From an uncultured bacterium (lineage in GTDB: Bacteria; Verrucomicrobiota; Verrucomicrobiia; Verrucomicrobiales; DEV007): a stretch of DNA of 64,000 bases. The DNA is taken from the NCBI GenBank assembly GCA_963977015.1, contig CAXBMO010000007.1:206649-270648 (forward strand), in the 5' to 3' direction. Every line of letters begins with the position of its first letter. Position 1 is the stretch's first letter. The notes under the pieces are model-generated. The model was not told the DNA's origin. It did no database searches and was given only the letters and a program-made list of their open reading frames with translations. The translations under genes and the position numbers were made by a program. Positions 47,557 through 58,496 of the stretch are shown in pieces.

Positions 47557-47595
47557 AACAGAGAAAGGCGGAGCGAAATGAATCGCCCCGCCTTT
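47557..47595 (-). terminator. Rho-independent terminator after the porin gene
   Basis: Stem AAAGGCGGAGCGA / TCGCCCCGCCTTT at 47564-47595 (one G-U pair on the minus-strand RNA), then a U-rich run; about 30 nt past the porin stop. Confidence 0.7.
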
Positions 47596-47624
47596 GCTAA
47601 CTAAACTAACAGAAATGGATTCGC

Positions 47625-48761
47625 TTAGAAATACATGCGGATACCAGTCATGTAGCTCCAGTAATCGTTGTCATCCTGTCCCTCGAGGGAGGACCATTCG
47701 ATACCGTTCATGAGCTTCAGCTTGTCACCACAGATGTAGTAGTTAAGACCAAGGTAGAGAGCATGATACTCGTCACCTTCAAGGCTGCCGGCAGCAGCGC
47801 GCTCATAGCGGCTTTGCACATTCAAACCATCGGCGTCATCAGCTGAGGAGAATGTGTAGCGAAAGACGGCTTCCAAACGATCGGAGAGATCATAGTATGG
47901 CATGAGCACCAATCCCCAGACGTCGCCATCCTCAGAAGGAAGTGCATCGCCATAGATGAGGTCAGTCACCAGATGAAAACGATCCCAATCACTCTTGGTG
48001 TTCAAAGAGAACAGGTTTTCGTAATTTGCGAAGGCGTTGTTTCCTGCTTCCCCGTCGTTGTAGAGGTAATCGAACCGAACTTCGGTCGCTTCCGTGATGT
48101 CGCGGCCGATGCGGGCATAAACAGCGCCACCAGCATCAAAATCAGGCAATGCCCAATCGTCGGTCGTTGCTCCGGCAAACCCACCGATATCGATGGTGAA
48201 TCCAGCGAGATCGTTCAGGGTCAGCACGACACCACCAGCTTTGTCGGGGGTGGTTTGGTTCACGAGCTGTGAACGCTCGATCGTTTTGATTCGCTTCGAG
48301 GAAGTCGAATATTCACGAGTGATTCCTGGCTTTTGCTTACCAACAGTGAGCGAGAACGCATCGTTTGGCTCCCAAGTAATGAAGAGCGTGTCAACATCCT
48401 CAAAAAGACGACCCGACTCATCAAAGTCACGCTTGAGGTTGAACTGACCTTCGAATTCAAAGTTGTTGAGGAACTCAGCAGCAACCCCGAAACGGAAACG
48501 ACGGTTTTCCCAATCGCTATCATCACCAAGATCAGACTCGGTGTCGTGGTATTGACCTTGGTAGCGGCCAATCAGGGCAATTTCCTGGAAGAACCCGCCT
48601 TCGCCCTCATAGAGCGTGGCCAGATCTAGAACATCGTAGTAGTGATCGCAGAACGTTTTGGGATCCTCGATGAGGACCTCTTTTCCAGGCCCGGCAAGAA
48701 CCGAAGCTGAAAAAGCAAAACTCACTGCCGCCACTAGAGCGAGTGAATAAGTGGATTTCAT
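47625..48761 (-). CDS. Outer-membrane porin (OprO/OprP-like)
   Basis: Signal peptide; NRRFRFG, TVGKQK, TSSKRIKTIERS, GLNYY...KLKLM; C-terminal aromatic residue (RMYF). Confidence 0.8.
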   Translation of the reverse strand: MKSTYSLALVAAVSFAFSASVLAGPGKEVLIEDPKTFCDHYYDVLDLATLYEGEGGFFQEIALIGRYQGQYHDTESDLGDDSDWENRRFRFGVAAEFLNNFEFEGQFNLKRDFDESGRLFEDVDTLFITWEPNDAFSLTVGKQKPGITREYSTSSKRIKTIERSQLVNQTTPDKAGGVVLTLNDLAGFTIDIGGFAGATTDDWALPDFDAGGAVYARIGRDITEATEVRFDYLYNDGEAGNNAFANYENLFSLNTKSDWDRFHLVTDLIYGDALPSEDGDVWGLVLMPYYDLSDRLEAVFRYTFSSADDADGLNVQSRYERAAAGSLEGDEYHALYLGLNYYICGDKLKLMNGIEWSSLEGQDDNDYWSYMTGIRMYF

Positions 48762-48948
48762 TTGTATATGCGTAGTGTTTGAACTGTGTTGTCGATATTC
48801 CTCCAAAATTGATATTTTGGAAAAAGTATCAATACGGATTACCTAAATATCAGTTCAACAAAAATAAAGCTCTTTTTACCCCTGTTAGTAAATTGTCACA
48901 TTCGAACCGGGATACTTCGCCCGGACACCTCCAATCCGACTTCCCCAG

Positions 48949-49731
48949 TCAGGCTCGCAGGCTCACAATTCTCCCTTTGTCGCAAATGCCATCTTCAGGC
49001 TCAAAGGTCTCGGTTTCCCAATCCCGGCTACCAACGACGCGACCCGCAGTCGGTCGACTGAACCCCAACCTGGTGGCGGCGAGATGTCGCGCGTAGTTGA
49101 CGGGGCGTGGCGCATTGATCGGGACGATACAATGAAACAGTGATGGGACTGCGGTTCCCCGAAAATCCAGATTCCACCCCTTTTTCTGTCCACTTTCTGC
49201 AAAGACGCGGTCATCAGGAGTTTCTCCGCGATTCCAACTTTCCCGCAAGAAACTCGCATAGGCCTCCCGCGTTTCGTCCGTGGGGTGGAAAGCCTCTACG
49301 TGGTAGGTGACTTCCAACGACAAGCGATCCATCTTTCCGAATGAGATTCGGGAATCCCAGCATTGCTGCGCATACGTCGTGATGGGTTCGCCGTTGCCAA
49401 AACTCCAAAAATCAACCTCCGGAACCTCAATTCTCGTTGTGGCCGCCTGCTCCTCCACAAAAAGCCCGGGATCAAACTCCAAGACGGATTCTTCGAAACC
49501 GGCCCAATCATTGACCTGTGGAAAATTCCCACGGAGCAACAACCGTGCCTCCGGACCATCGACGATCAAGTCTTCATCGGGTTCGTCATCTTCCAGAATC
49601 AAACTCGCCTCGATTTCGAAATCCTGGGAGTCCGGGCGGGGATCCAGATGGTTAAGAAAATAGAGGATTTCTCCGGGTCCAAACTCTTTCCATCGCCGGT
49701 CTTGATGTTGGAGAATTGCTTGCGTTTTCAT
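48949..49731 (-). CDS. Hypothetical acidic protein
   Basis: 260-aa ORF filling the gap between the porin and gyrA; no motif recognised. Confidence 0.55.
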   Translation of the reverse strand: MKTQAILQHQDRRWKEFGPGEILYFLNHLDPRPDSQDFEIEASLILEDDEPDEDLIVDGPEARLLLRGNFPQVNDWAGFEESVLEFDPGLFVEEQAATTRIEVPEVDFWSFGNGEPITTYAQQCWDSRISFGKMDRLSLEVTYHVEAFHPTDETREAYASFLRESWNRGETPDDRVFAESGQKKGWNLDFRGTAVPSLFHCIVPINAPRPVNYARHLAATRLGFSRPTAGRVVGSRDWETETFEPEDGICDKGRIVSLRA

Positions 49732-50078
49732 CTAAAGAAAACCTAATATTAAAGTTTTCTTAACAAACTGCAAGAAAAGGGTGCAAAGCGATGACCAAAA
49801 ACAGGTTCGAGGGACTCGATTTCCGGCGGATTCAGCCACTCTGAACGGACCGTTTCAGCCCCTCTTGCGAGAATCTCGACAGGAGCAAACTTCCCTCTAA
49901 AAACACCGGGCAAAAACTTGCATGAGGTAGCGCCCTCGCTACATTTTTCCCTCACCAAACCACCATGTTTCCGGCCCCTGTTCATTTCACGATCGAAATA
50001 GTCATTCGACTGACTTAGCGGCAGTTCAAGACAGCGACCATTCTCCGGATTCACCACCTTTGATTTACGACAACACGC

Positions 50079-52772
50079 ATGGCTGAAGATTCCACGCCTC
50101 AAGACCCTAATTTCGACAATATCCTGCCCATCAACGTGGCGGACGAGATGAAAAACTCGTTTCTGGACTACTCGATGTCGGTCATCATTTCCCGAGCGCT
50201 GCCCGATGCTCGAGACGGACTCAAACCGAGCCAGAGGCGCCTGCTTTACGCGATGTACAACGATTTGAACTTGCTCCCGAGCCGCAAGTTTTTGAAGTGC
50301 GCCCGTATTGTTGGTGACACGATGGGTAAATATCACCCTCACGGTGACCAGGCCATCTACCCGACCTTGGTGAACATGGCGCAACCATGGTCGATGCGGG
50401 ATCCTCTCGTTCATGGTCAGGGCAACTTCGGCTCCCCTGAGGGAGACAACGCGGCCGCGATGCGATACACCGAGGCCAAGCTCACCCATTTGGGGGCGGC
50501 GCTGATGCTCGACCTCGACAAGGACACCGTCGACAAGGTCAAAAACTACGATGAGTCGAACGAAGAACCCGTCGTTCTGCCCGCTGCGTTTCCAAACCTT
50601 TTGGTCAATGGCGGCACCGGAATCGCCGTCGGAATGGCGACCAACATCCCGCCTCACAACCTCGGCGAGGTGATTGACGGGATTTGCGCGACGATCGACA
50701 ACCCGAAGATCACCAACGAGGAGCTGCAAAAGATCATCAAGGGGCCGGACTTCCCGACGGGCTGTACCATTTTGGGCTCGCGGGGGATCAAGAGCTACTT
50801 CGAAACGGGCCGCGGCCAGATCAAGGTGCGGGGAACGGCTGAGATCGCCGAAAAAGGCAATCACGAGCAAATCATCATCACGCAAGTGCCGTTCTACGTT
50901 CGCCGCGACAAGCTCCACGAGCGGATCGCCGAATTGACCCGGGAAAAGGTTCTCCCTGAAATTAGCGCAATTCGCGATGAGTCCGACGAGAACACGCGAC
51001 TGGTGATCGACCTCAAGCGCGACGCCCAACCGCAGGTGGTGCTGAACAACATTTACAAGCACACCAGCCTAGAAACGAGTTTCAGCGCGAACATGCTCGC
51101 GATCGACAACCGTCGCCCCAAGCTGCTTTCCGTTCGCGACGCGATCAACTGCTATATCGAACACCGTCGCGACGTTATCCTGCGCCGGACCCGCTACTTG
51201 CTGAAGCAGGCTGAGGATAAGGCCGAACGGCTCGAAGCTTTTCTGCTGGCTCTGGGTCACATCGACGACTTCATCAAGATGATTCGCGATTCGAAGAGTC
51301 GTGATGAAGCTCGCGAACGCATCAAAGCCTACGATTTCGCCCCGGAAGCTGCTGAAGCGCTCGGCGTCCTGATTCGGGACCAGCCCAGCTTGAAGATCAA
51401 AGAAGGACGCTACGTCTTCACGGATCGGCAGGTAAACGCCATTCTCGATCTCCGTCTCTATCAATTGACGGCGCTCGAGCGGGATAAGACGAAGAACGAC
51501 TACAATGAAGTAATCGCAGAGATTAAGGATTACCTCGACATTCTCGGAAGCGAGGAGCGTGTTCTGACGATCATCAAAGACGAGTTGATCGAGATCAAGG
51601 ACAAGCACGCCACACCGCGTCGCACCGGCTTTGCCGCTGACGAAGGGGACATGAACCTGGAAGACCTGATTGCCAACGAAGGCGCAATCGTAACGGTTTC
51701 CCATAAAGGTTACATCAAACGGACGCCGGCCGAGGAATACCGCGTTCAAAACCGTGGCGGCAAGGGATTGAAGGGTATGGAAACCCGGGATGCGATGAGC
51801 GAGGAGGACGAAGACGATTTCGTCGAGCAACTGTTTGCCGCGACAACGCACGATTACCTGCTGTTCTTCACGAACACCGGGCGCGTCTTCCTGGAGCGTG
51901 TTTTTTCCATTCCGGAAGGCTCTCGAACCGCCAAGGGGCGTTCGGTCAAAAACCTCCTGAACTTCCGACCGGAAGAGAAGATTGCTTCCGTTCTCCGAAT
52001 TGAAGGTGACCCCGATGGCGATCGCGCCAAGACTTTCAGCCCGGGATATCACGTCATTTTCGCGACGAAGACCGGAATCATCAAGAAGACGAATCTGAGC
52101 GACTTCAAGAACATCCGGAAAGACGGAATCATCGCGATCAACATTGATGAAGGGAACGAACTGATCGGCTGCAAACTCACGAGCGGAGAAGACGAAATCG
52201 TTCTCGTCACCAATCAGGGAATGAGCTTGCGCTGCAGCGAGAAGGACTTCCGTGATCAAGGCCGCGCGACCCGAGGAGTCACCGGAATTCGTCCCGGTAA
52301 GGAAGGCGACTTTGTTGTTGGCATCGCGATTGTTGATCCCGATGCCACGTTGCTGGTGGCTTCAATGAACGGTATCGGCAAACGCACTCCGTTTGAAGAC
52401 TACCGTCTCCAGAACCGCGGTGGAAAAGGGATCATCACCATGAAGGTTACCGATAAAACCGGCCTGGTGGTCAGTGCGGTAGCGGTCCATGAGACTGACG
52501 AGTTGATGTTGATGACGAGCACCGGGCAGAGCGTCCGAATTCGCGTCACCGATGTCCGGCAAGCCGGAAGAAACACCCAGGGCGTAAAGCTCATGACTTT
52601 GGCTGAAGGTGAAACCATTCAGGATATCGCCAGAGTGGTTGCCGACCCTGACCAAACTCTCGAAGAGATGGCATCCGACGATGATCCCGTCGCAGTCGTG
52701 GATCCCGAGACCGCAGATCCAGAAACGACTCCGGAAAACCCGGAAACTCCGCCAGCAGAACCCGAGGCGTAA
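50079..52772 (+). CDS. gyrA: DNA gyrase subunit A
   Basis: [26 protein letters not shown] (catalytic Tyr), GyrA-box QNRGGKG, beta-pinwheel repeats, acidic tail. Confidence 0.97.
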   Translation: MAEDSTPQDPNFDNILPINVADEMKNSFLDYSMSVIISRALPDARDGLKPSQRRLLYAMYNDLNLLPSRKFLKCARIVGDTMGKYHPHGDQAIYPTLVNMAQPWSMRDPLVHGQGNFGSPEGDNAAAMRYTEAKLTHLGAALMLDLDKDTVDKVKNYDESNEEPVVLPAAFPNLLVNGGTGIAVGMATNIPPHNLGEVIDGICATIDNPKITNEELQKIIKGPDFPTGCTILGSRGIKSYFETGRGQIKVRGTAEIAEKGNHEQIIITQVPFYVRRDKLHERIAELTREKVLPEISAIRDESDENTRLVIDLKRDAQPQVVLNNIYKHTSLETSFSANMLAIDNRRPKLLSVRDAINCYIEHRRDVILRRTRYLLKQAEDKAERLEAFLLALGHIDDFIKMIRDSKSRDEARERIKAYDFAPEAAEALGVLIRDQPSLKIKEGRYVFTDRQVNAILDLRLYQLTALERDKTKNDYNEVIAEIKDYLDILGSEERVLTIIKDELIEIKDKHATPRRTGFAADEGDMNLEDLIANEGAIVTVSHKGYIKRTPAEEYRVQNRGGKGLKGMETRDAMSEEDEDDFVEQLFAATTHDYLLFFTNTGRVFLERVFSIPEGSRTAKGRSVKNLLNFRPEEKIASVLRIEGDPDGDRAKTFSPGYHVIFATKTGIIKKTNLSDFKNIRKDGIIAINIDEGNELIGCKLTSGEDEIVLVTNQGMSLRCSEKDFRDQGRATRGVTGIRPGKEGDFVVGIAIVDPDATLLVASMNGIGKRTPFEDYRLQNRGGKGIITMKVTDKTGLVVSAVAVHETDELMLMTSTGQSVRIRVTDVRQAGRNTQGVKLMTLAEGETIQDIARVVADPDQTLEEMASDDDPVAVVDPETADPETTPENPETPPAEPEA

Positions 52773-52983
52773 CCGTCCTGAGGGGCTCTTGAACACGAGG
52801 TCGAGACGCGCTGCGAGTGATTTTTATCGACTTGGATTGATGGCTCGGGGCGGCGATGAGTCTTCTCACAATGCCCCGAACCGCAGTTCCAGTCGGAAAA
52901 AGCGCCGCATCACCAGATCACGCGAAGCCGATCCTCGAAAAAGCGGACCAACTTGCGCGTCCGTCATCCTTTTCAATCGCTCC

Positions 52984-55900
52984 CTAAGCCAAACCGCCTC
53001 GACGTCTCAAGATCCACTCGGTGGTCACGAATCCTACGAATAGCAGGAGAAGAGGCCACTTGTCCCACAGCTTCACGTCATTCCGTTCCTTGATCACTTC
53101 TTTGGCCGCCCCAAAATAGCTGAGAAGACTTTCCGCATTGTCGATACTCGCGACGGCCCCACCGGATAGCTGGGCCGTTTGTGCGAGGAAATCGTGGTCG
53201 GCGGTCAATTCAGCCAACTCGATCGCGCTCTTGCTGTTCACGACCAGCAGCTCGGTTTGCACAATGTCCAAGCCACTCTCGTTTCGGGCCCGGTTTACCG
53301 GACCTCCGTCGAGAATGAGCTTGTAGTTTCCCTCCTCCGAAATCGGATCAAGCTCCGTCTCAAAAATGCCGTTGGATCCCTCGCGATAGGTCATTTGGCG
53401 GCGCTGCAACCGGGTGTTTCCCTTGAACAGACTAACGTTCACACTGCCTCCTGTGATCGGTTCGCGATTTCTGTCCAAAACCTTCGCGGTGACTTTGACC
53501 GGAGCATTTGGCGTGTAGGAGAGTTGGTCGGTCCCCAATCGCACATACTCGCCTCCGCTGCGCAAATTCTCGCCTGTCCCCCAACGCATCATCTGCCCCC
53601 AAAACTTGTGATGATAGGTGTCCCCCACCCCGTAGCGAAACCGCCAGGTGCTATCGAAATTCAACATGACAACCCGCCCCAATCCAAATCGCTGAGTCAC
53701 GAGTAGCGCATTGTCCTGCTCAAATTCCTTTTGATTGGCCAACTGCTCCAAGGCAGCCTCCACATCTCCGGGATCACCGGAAAAAGCAGCGTCCTGGCCT
53801 CCGTTTTCTCCATCCGCCATCGCGTAGGCCAGAATCTCGGCTCCTTCTTTGACGCGATCACTTTGAAATCGCCAAGCCATCGGGGGAATGCTGCCCCAAA
53901 TCTGTCGATTGACGCTCCGGCTCAGACTCTGCTGAAGGATTGGGTTGGAGAAGCCCGACGAAGTCAATTCCAAGCGAAACTCCTCGTTCGGGTTTCCCGC
54001 CGGACTGACTCCAGGCGTGTATTGAACCGGCAACAGATCCGCAAAGTCGTCGTTGCTGAAGGCATGAGGCATGTAGCGTGGACCGGCGATGCAGACCAAC
54101 ATGCAACCACGCTCTGAAACGCATTCCCGCAGAACTTTCCATCGATCGGAACTAAACGCAGCCGGCGGCACGTCTCCCAGGATGATTGCATCAAATTTTC
54201 TCCACTCATTGTCATCACTGGGAAGATGGGTCGCCTCGGCATCGCCAAATTTCCGAGCGGCACTCGCTTCGATTTTTTCGTTGCGCTCCCGACCATGAAT
54301 TTCGTCGGGATTGAGTAGGACGTACTGGAGGTGGACCGATTTATCACGGCCGTAGAACAGGTTGCGAAGGTAGCGAAATTCCCAACGCGGAAACCCATCA
54401 ACAATCAGCACGTTGGTCCGGTCATCGGTTACGGCACATTTGAAATCCCATCGGTTGTTGTCGGAAAAAAGTTCGTCAGCAATCGGATCGATCTCCAACC
54501 GGTAGTCAAAAATGCCTTTCTCCTCCGGCGTGTGGGAAAAACGCAGCTCAGTCCGAAATTGATCGGCAGGAACGCTGACCGTTTGCTCCGCGACGGTCTC
54601 TCCCTCAAAGATCAACCGCGCGTTGACCCGTTGTCCCCGCAAACCATCGAGCTTGAGTTCCGAGCGAATCGCAATTCGATCGCCGAGATAAATGGACTCG
54701 GGATTCCGCACCGTGAGAATCGACGCATCCCGGGGGCCAATTCGGCTTCCGATCGGAACGACGCAAATGGGCGAACCCTGTGCTCCCATTTGACGGGCAG
54801 CATCCTCGACGGGCAGTTCAGCGTTGTGCCTTCCATCAGTCAGCAAAAGGATTCCGGCCAAGCTCTCCGCCGGAACTTTTTCCAAAGTCTCCTCCAGCGC
54901 GGTGGCCAGATCCGTCGAACGGCGGATGGCCGGGGCCAATTCCTCTTCAGTTGGGCTCCCTCCCTCTGCGAGCCAGGTTTTTCCATCAAACTCCGCCGCT
55001 TGATGCCCAAAACGCACATAGCGAATGTTGTAGAGATCCTCCAATCCGCCAATCAAGGTATTCCCTTCCAGCGCAGGCTTCTCCAAAATTTTTCTCGCGA
55101 TCTCAATCCGCGGCTTTCCAGCCGCTTGATCAATTTTTTCGCGATCTGAGCCCGAAAGGTTTCGGTAGTAGATCTCATCGAGTCTGGCGCTTGCCGAGGG
55201 AAGTTTCTGAAGCGCGTATTCAAGTTGGTCACCGGCACTCTTCAATTGCTGAATCACTCCCTTGGAGTCCTTCTCCTCCAACTGCTTCTTCGCTTCCGCC
55301 AAATGACGGGGAAATTGCTCGTTCAATCGCCGCGATACATCGCTGAGAAGATTCTTCGATCCGCCATCAATTCCCTTCATCTTTGCCGCATTCGCGATGG
55401 CTGCGATCGCAGGCTTTGATTCCTTCTCGGCTTCGTCCAAAGCGGCAATCAACTGTTCAGCTCGGTTCTCGAGCAGTGTTTCCAGCAGGGTGCGGTCCGC
55501 CCCATCCGGTCCAGAAACCGCGTTGCGCTCCTGGCTGAGATTCGCCTGAAGAATCCCGATCGTGACCAACGCGGAATCCATCAAGGGACGCTCTTTCATC
55601 ACGTTGGGTTCAAAGAGCCCTCCAATTGCCAACTGATCCGAAATCGCATGCTGCTTGTCACTCAGTTGCATGGATTCAGAATCATCGACCAAAACGACAA
55701 CCTCACGATTGATCTCGCGATCAATCATTCGACTGAGAACGGGCTGAACCAGAATCAGCAGAAGCGTCGCTGTGGCAAAGAGTCGCAGCGCGAGGAGCAA
55801 CCTCCCCCGCCATGGCAGGACCAACTGCTTCTCGAGCCCATAGATCCACCAAATCGCCTCGATCGCCGCGCCTCCGACAAACGAGGCGAACCAGAGCGAC

Positions 55901-56136
55901 CAACTCGTTTCCAGCACAAACGTCCTCCCGAGAATCTGCCAGGTGCACCAAAACGCGACGGTTACCAAGACGACCCGAACCGCCAGCCAAGGCCAGCCCT
56001 TGAGAAAACCGGCAAAGCGATCTTTGACCCAATGACTGCCCGCCCACGCCGCAAGGGAGAGGGCAAGAAACAGCACGATCATCCAAGTAGGAAAATCCGC
56101 GCCAAGGAGGTCGTGGCGATTCTGGTCTGGAGTCAT
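52984..56136 (-). CDS. Large membrane protein with a VWA domain, Ig-like domain and GATase-like domain (PVC type)
   Basis: N-terminal TMs; MIDAS DDSES...TDL...LTDG; NNRWDF; PRWEFRYLRN; DAIILGD; GLGRV..., TWRFR; C-terminal EWILRRR. Confidence 0.8.
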   Translation of the reverse strand: MTPDQNRHDLLGADFPTWMIVLFLALSLAAWAGSHWVKDRFAGFLKGWPWLAVRVVLVTVAFWCTWQILGRTFVLETSWSLWFASFVGGAAIEAIWWIYGLEKQLVLPWRGRLLLALRLFATATLLLILVQPVLSRMIDREINREVVVLVDDSESMQLSDKQHAISDQLAIGGLFEPNVMKERPLMDSALVTIGILQANLSQERNAVSGPDGADRTLLETLLENRAEQLIAALDEAEKESKPAIAAIANAAKMKGIDGGSKNLLSDVSRRLNEQFPRHLAEAKKQLEEKDSKGVIQQLKSAGDQLEYALQKLPSASARLDEIYYRNLSGSDREKIDQAAGKPRIEIARKILEKPALEGNTLIGGLEDLYNIRYVRFGHQAAEFDGKTWLAEGGSPTEEELAPAIRRSTDLATALEETLEKVPAESLAGILLLTDGRHNAELPVEDAARQMGAQGSPICVVPIGSRIGPRDASILTVRNPESIYLGDRIAIRSELKLDGLRGQRVNARLIFEGETVAEQTVSVPADQFRTELRFSHTPEEKGIFDYRLEIDPIADELFSDNNRWDFKCAVTDDRTNVLIVDGFPRWEFRYLRNLFYGRDKSVHLQYVLLNPDEIHGRERNEKIEASAARKFGDAEATHLPSDDNEWRKFDAIILGDVPPAAFSSDRWKVLRECVSERGCMLVCIAGPRYMPHAFSNDDFADLLPVQYTPGVSPAGNPNEEFRLELTSSGFSNPILQQSLSRSVNRQIWGSIPPMAWRFQSDRVKEGAEILAYAMADGENGGQDAAFSGDPGDVEAALEQLANQKEFEQDNALLVTQRFGLGRVVMLNFDSTWRFRYGVGDTYHHKFWGQMMRWGTGENLRSGGEYVRLGTDQLSYTPNAPVKVTAKVLDRNREPITGGSVNVSLFKGNTRLQRRQMTYREGSNGIFETELDPISEEGNYKLILDGGPVNRARNESGLDIVQTELLVVNSKSAIELAELTADHDFLAQTAQLSGGAVASIDNAESLLSYFGAAKEVIKERNDVKLWDKWPLLLLFVGFVTTEWILRRRGGLA

Positions 56137-56334
56137 AGTTGAACGACGCAAACCGGATTTCGGCCACGTACCATGACTGAGATTCCAAAGTGCCCGGAAT
56201 GTTCAGTCCTCGGCGCCTCTAACCCAAACAAAAGCGCCCGATCATCGGTGAATTTGACCCGAAGGCCTGGCCCACCCATCATCCGGCGCTCTTCGAGGCC
56301 CCGAACAGGGCCTCCAAATCAGCCAATTCTCCGC

Positions 56335-57006
56335 CTAAAACCGGGAGTAGGAGTTTTGGATGCGAACCGGCGTTCCGCTTGAGGTGTTGTCGTAAACCAT
56401 CTGCGCGACACTGTATGGAAGGCGGACACATCCGGCCGAAGCTGGATACCCTGGCAAATGCCCGGCATGCACGCCGAATTCAGTGCTGCTGAGACGCATC
56501 CAGTAGGGCATCGAACTATGGTAAATGGTTGAAATTTTCCCGGTCCTAACGCGCTCCGTCATGCGAAACGTTCCAGTCGGTGTGTATTTGCCGGGCCGTG
56601 CGGTCGAAACCGGCGTGACAATCCCCACTTTTCCATTCACGAGCAGATATCCCTTTTGACCCGAAAGATCGATCACCATCTCCGTGTTGCTACGGGTGCT
56701 TTGATTGAGAACTCTCTCGTTGATGACGTAAGCACCGCTCTGGGGTTTGGGTTCCGGCTTTGAGTATCGGGTCGAAGTTTTGGCGCGAAACAATCCTCCC
56801 CGAGTGCTGGCGGTAACATACTGATCCCGCTTATTGCGCTTCCGCTCCGCTTTGCGAGCAGCTTTTTCTTCGGCTGTTTTCTTGCCAAAGACTTTGCTGA
56901 AGAAGCCTGACTTCTTTGCACTGGAACTTGCCGCTTCAACCTCGGACGTACCGAGGACGGCGAAACCGAGTGCCAAAATGATGAGATAAGTGAATGATGG
57001 TTTCAT
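56335..57006 (-). CDS. L,D-transpeptidase (YkuD) family protein
   Basis: Signal peptide; IDLSGQ, TPTGTF, MPYWMRL, GVHAG...PASAGCVRL. Confidence 0.9.
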   Translation of the reverse strand: MKPSFTYLIILALGFAVLGTSEVEAASSSAKKSGFFSKVFGKKTAEEKAARKAERKRNKRDQYVTASTRGGLFRAKTSTRYSKPEPKPQSGAYVINERVLNQSTRSNTEMVIDLSGQKGYLLVNGKVGIVTPVSTARPGKYTPTGTFRMTERVRTGKISTIYHSSMPYWMRLSSTEFGVHAGHLPGYPASAGCVRLPYSVAQMVYDNTSSGTPVRIQNSYSRF

Positions 57007-57212
57007 AGTTTCGATGAATGCAAAAAATGCAGTCACCACAGCGGTAATAACAAATTTGAGAATCGCAATTATAATTCTCGCATTTTTGATACTTAACCGG
57101 AGGCAATGTTAGGAATCTGGGGACATTATTTTGCCTTCGTAGGAATTAAGCTTTCTTGAAATATCACATTCTTCAGTTTGGTGGCTTTTGGTGACCGTGT
57201 TAGTGTCTCGTC

Positions 57213-58166
57213 ATGCGTATCGCGCCCCTTTTCGCAGTGTTCGTCACCTCGGTGACCGTCCTCACGCTCAACGTCGTGGCAGAGAATCCCGACGACTGGA
57301 AGTCAAGGGTGATGACGAGCCCGCCCGGCGAATTCCCCTTGCTGCCACCGTGCCTGCTCACCTTCAACGTCAATTGGAATGGATTGGTAAAGGCCGGGCA
57401 AGCTGACGCCGTTTTTCGCTACGACGAAAGTGCCTCACGCCTGATCGTAACCGCCAAAGCCCGAAGCACCGGCCCGGCACGTCTCCTTTGGGCCTACGAT
57501 GCCAATCAGACCACGTGGATCGATACGGAAAGGCTTTTGCCGATCAAAGTGAGTCAGGTGGAGGACGACCGGCGGGAAACCAACATCTACAACACCGAGT
57601 TTGTCGGCGATTTTGCCTTTAACCAATGGACAACCGAAGCGAAGAGCGACGAATCCGAGTCCATTGAACGCAAGGAGCGAATTTTTGAGCAGGCCGCGAT
57701 GCACGATTTGGTTTCTGCGGCACTCTACCTCAGAAGTCAGCCGCTCGATGAGCTGGGACAGGAGTTTGCCCTCGTCACGTTTCCCTTTCGGGATCCCTAT
57801 CTGGTTCTGCTGACCCTTTCCGCCAAGGAAAAGCGAAAATTCGACGGCGAGAAGATCGATGCGATCAAATTCGACGTTCAACTCTCCAAAGTGGACGAGG
57901 AAGGACGCCTGGAATCTCAAAGGGACAAGTTCCATTCCGCAAGCGTCTGGCTATCGGACGATGAACGCCGTCTCCCTCTGGAACTGCGTTCGGAGATCTT
58001 TATCGGAAGCGTGCGGGCATCGCTGGTCGATTTCACTCCGTTTGACAAATCTGCCGGGAATTCTGCCACAAACGGATCAAGGGCCGTTGAACTTGGTGAA
58101 GTCTCCGAAGGAATTCGGGAGAAAGCCCGGGGAATCGTCGCCCGATTGAGAAAAGGGGGCTCTTAG
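57213..58166 (+). CDS. DUF3108-like exported protein
   Basis: Signal peptide; VNWNGLVKAG, HDLVSAALYLRS, VWLSDDERRLPL, IFIGSVRASL. Confidence 0.7.
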   Translation: MRIAPLFAVFVTSVTVLTLNVVAENPDDWKSRVMTSPPGEFPLLPPCLLTFNVNWNGLVKAGQADAVFRYDESASRLIVTAKARSTGPARLLWAYDANQTTWIDTERLLPIKVSQVEDDRRETNIYNTEFVGDFAFNQWTTEAKSDESESIERKERIFEQAAMHDLVSAALYLRSQPLDELGQEFALVTFPFRDPYLVLLTLSAKEKRKFDGEKIDAIKFDVQLSKVDEEGRLESQRDKFHSASVWLSDDERRLPLELRSEIFIGSVRASLVDFTPFDKSAGNSATNGSRAVELGEVSEGIREKARGIVARLRKGGS

Positions 58167-58245
58167 AGAGATTGAAGGCGGAATGATGAAGGATGAATCG
58201 CGTGGCTAATTGCTCATCCTTCATCTTTCCGCCCTCACTCTCTAA
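58163..58245. repeat. Long imperfect inverted repeat (REP-like or terminator-like hairpin)
   Basis: Left arm TTAGAGAGATTGAAGGCGGAATGATGAAGGATGA (58163-58196) pairs with TCATCCTTCATCTTTCCGCCCTCACTCTCTAA (58214-58245). Confidence 0.75.
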
Positions 58246-58496
58246 AAGTGAGAGGCAGCCCGATCTGCTCAAAAGTGCCGGAAAACCCCTAAACCGACAC
58301 AAACTGAAACAGACCGAGCTGCCCCTTCAGCCCCTGTCGAGCTATTGCTCATCTACACAAATAGCATGTGGCGTGCCAACCTTTGGCATCACCTTTCAAA
58401 ATTGTTAAAGTGACCACCTTTTTGGGCATGAAAGGGTCATTTTGTTCAGTTCGAGCCAATCCTTGACCAAAATGCGCCAGTCGGGAAGATGTCACC

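Noticed and set aside
49749-52259. Long antisense ORFs opposite gyrA, with similar ones at 5175-6533, 7618-8784 and 60795-62090
   Set aside because: Typical antisense shadows of codon-biased GC-rich genes; no protein motifs.
50079-52772. Two QNRGGKG motifs in gyrA and no adjacent gyrB
   Set aside because: GyrA-box-like repeats in other pinwheel blades and unlinked gyrB are both common.
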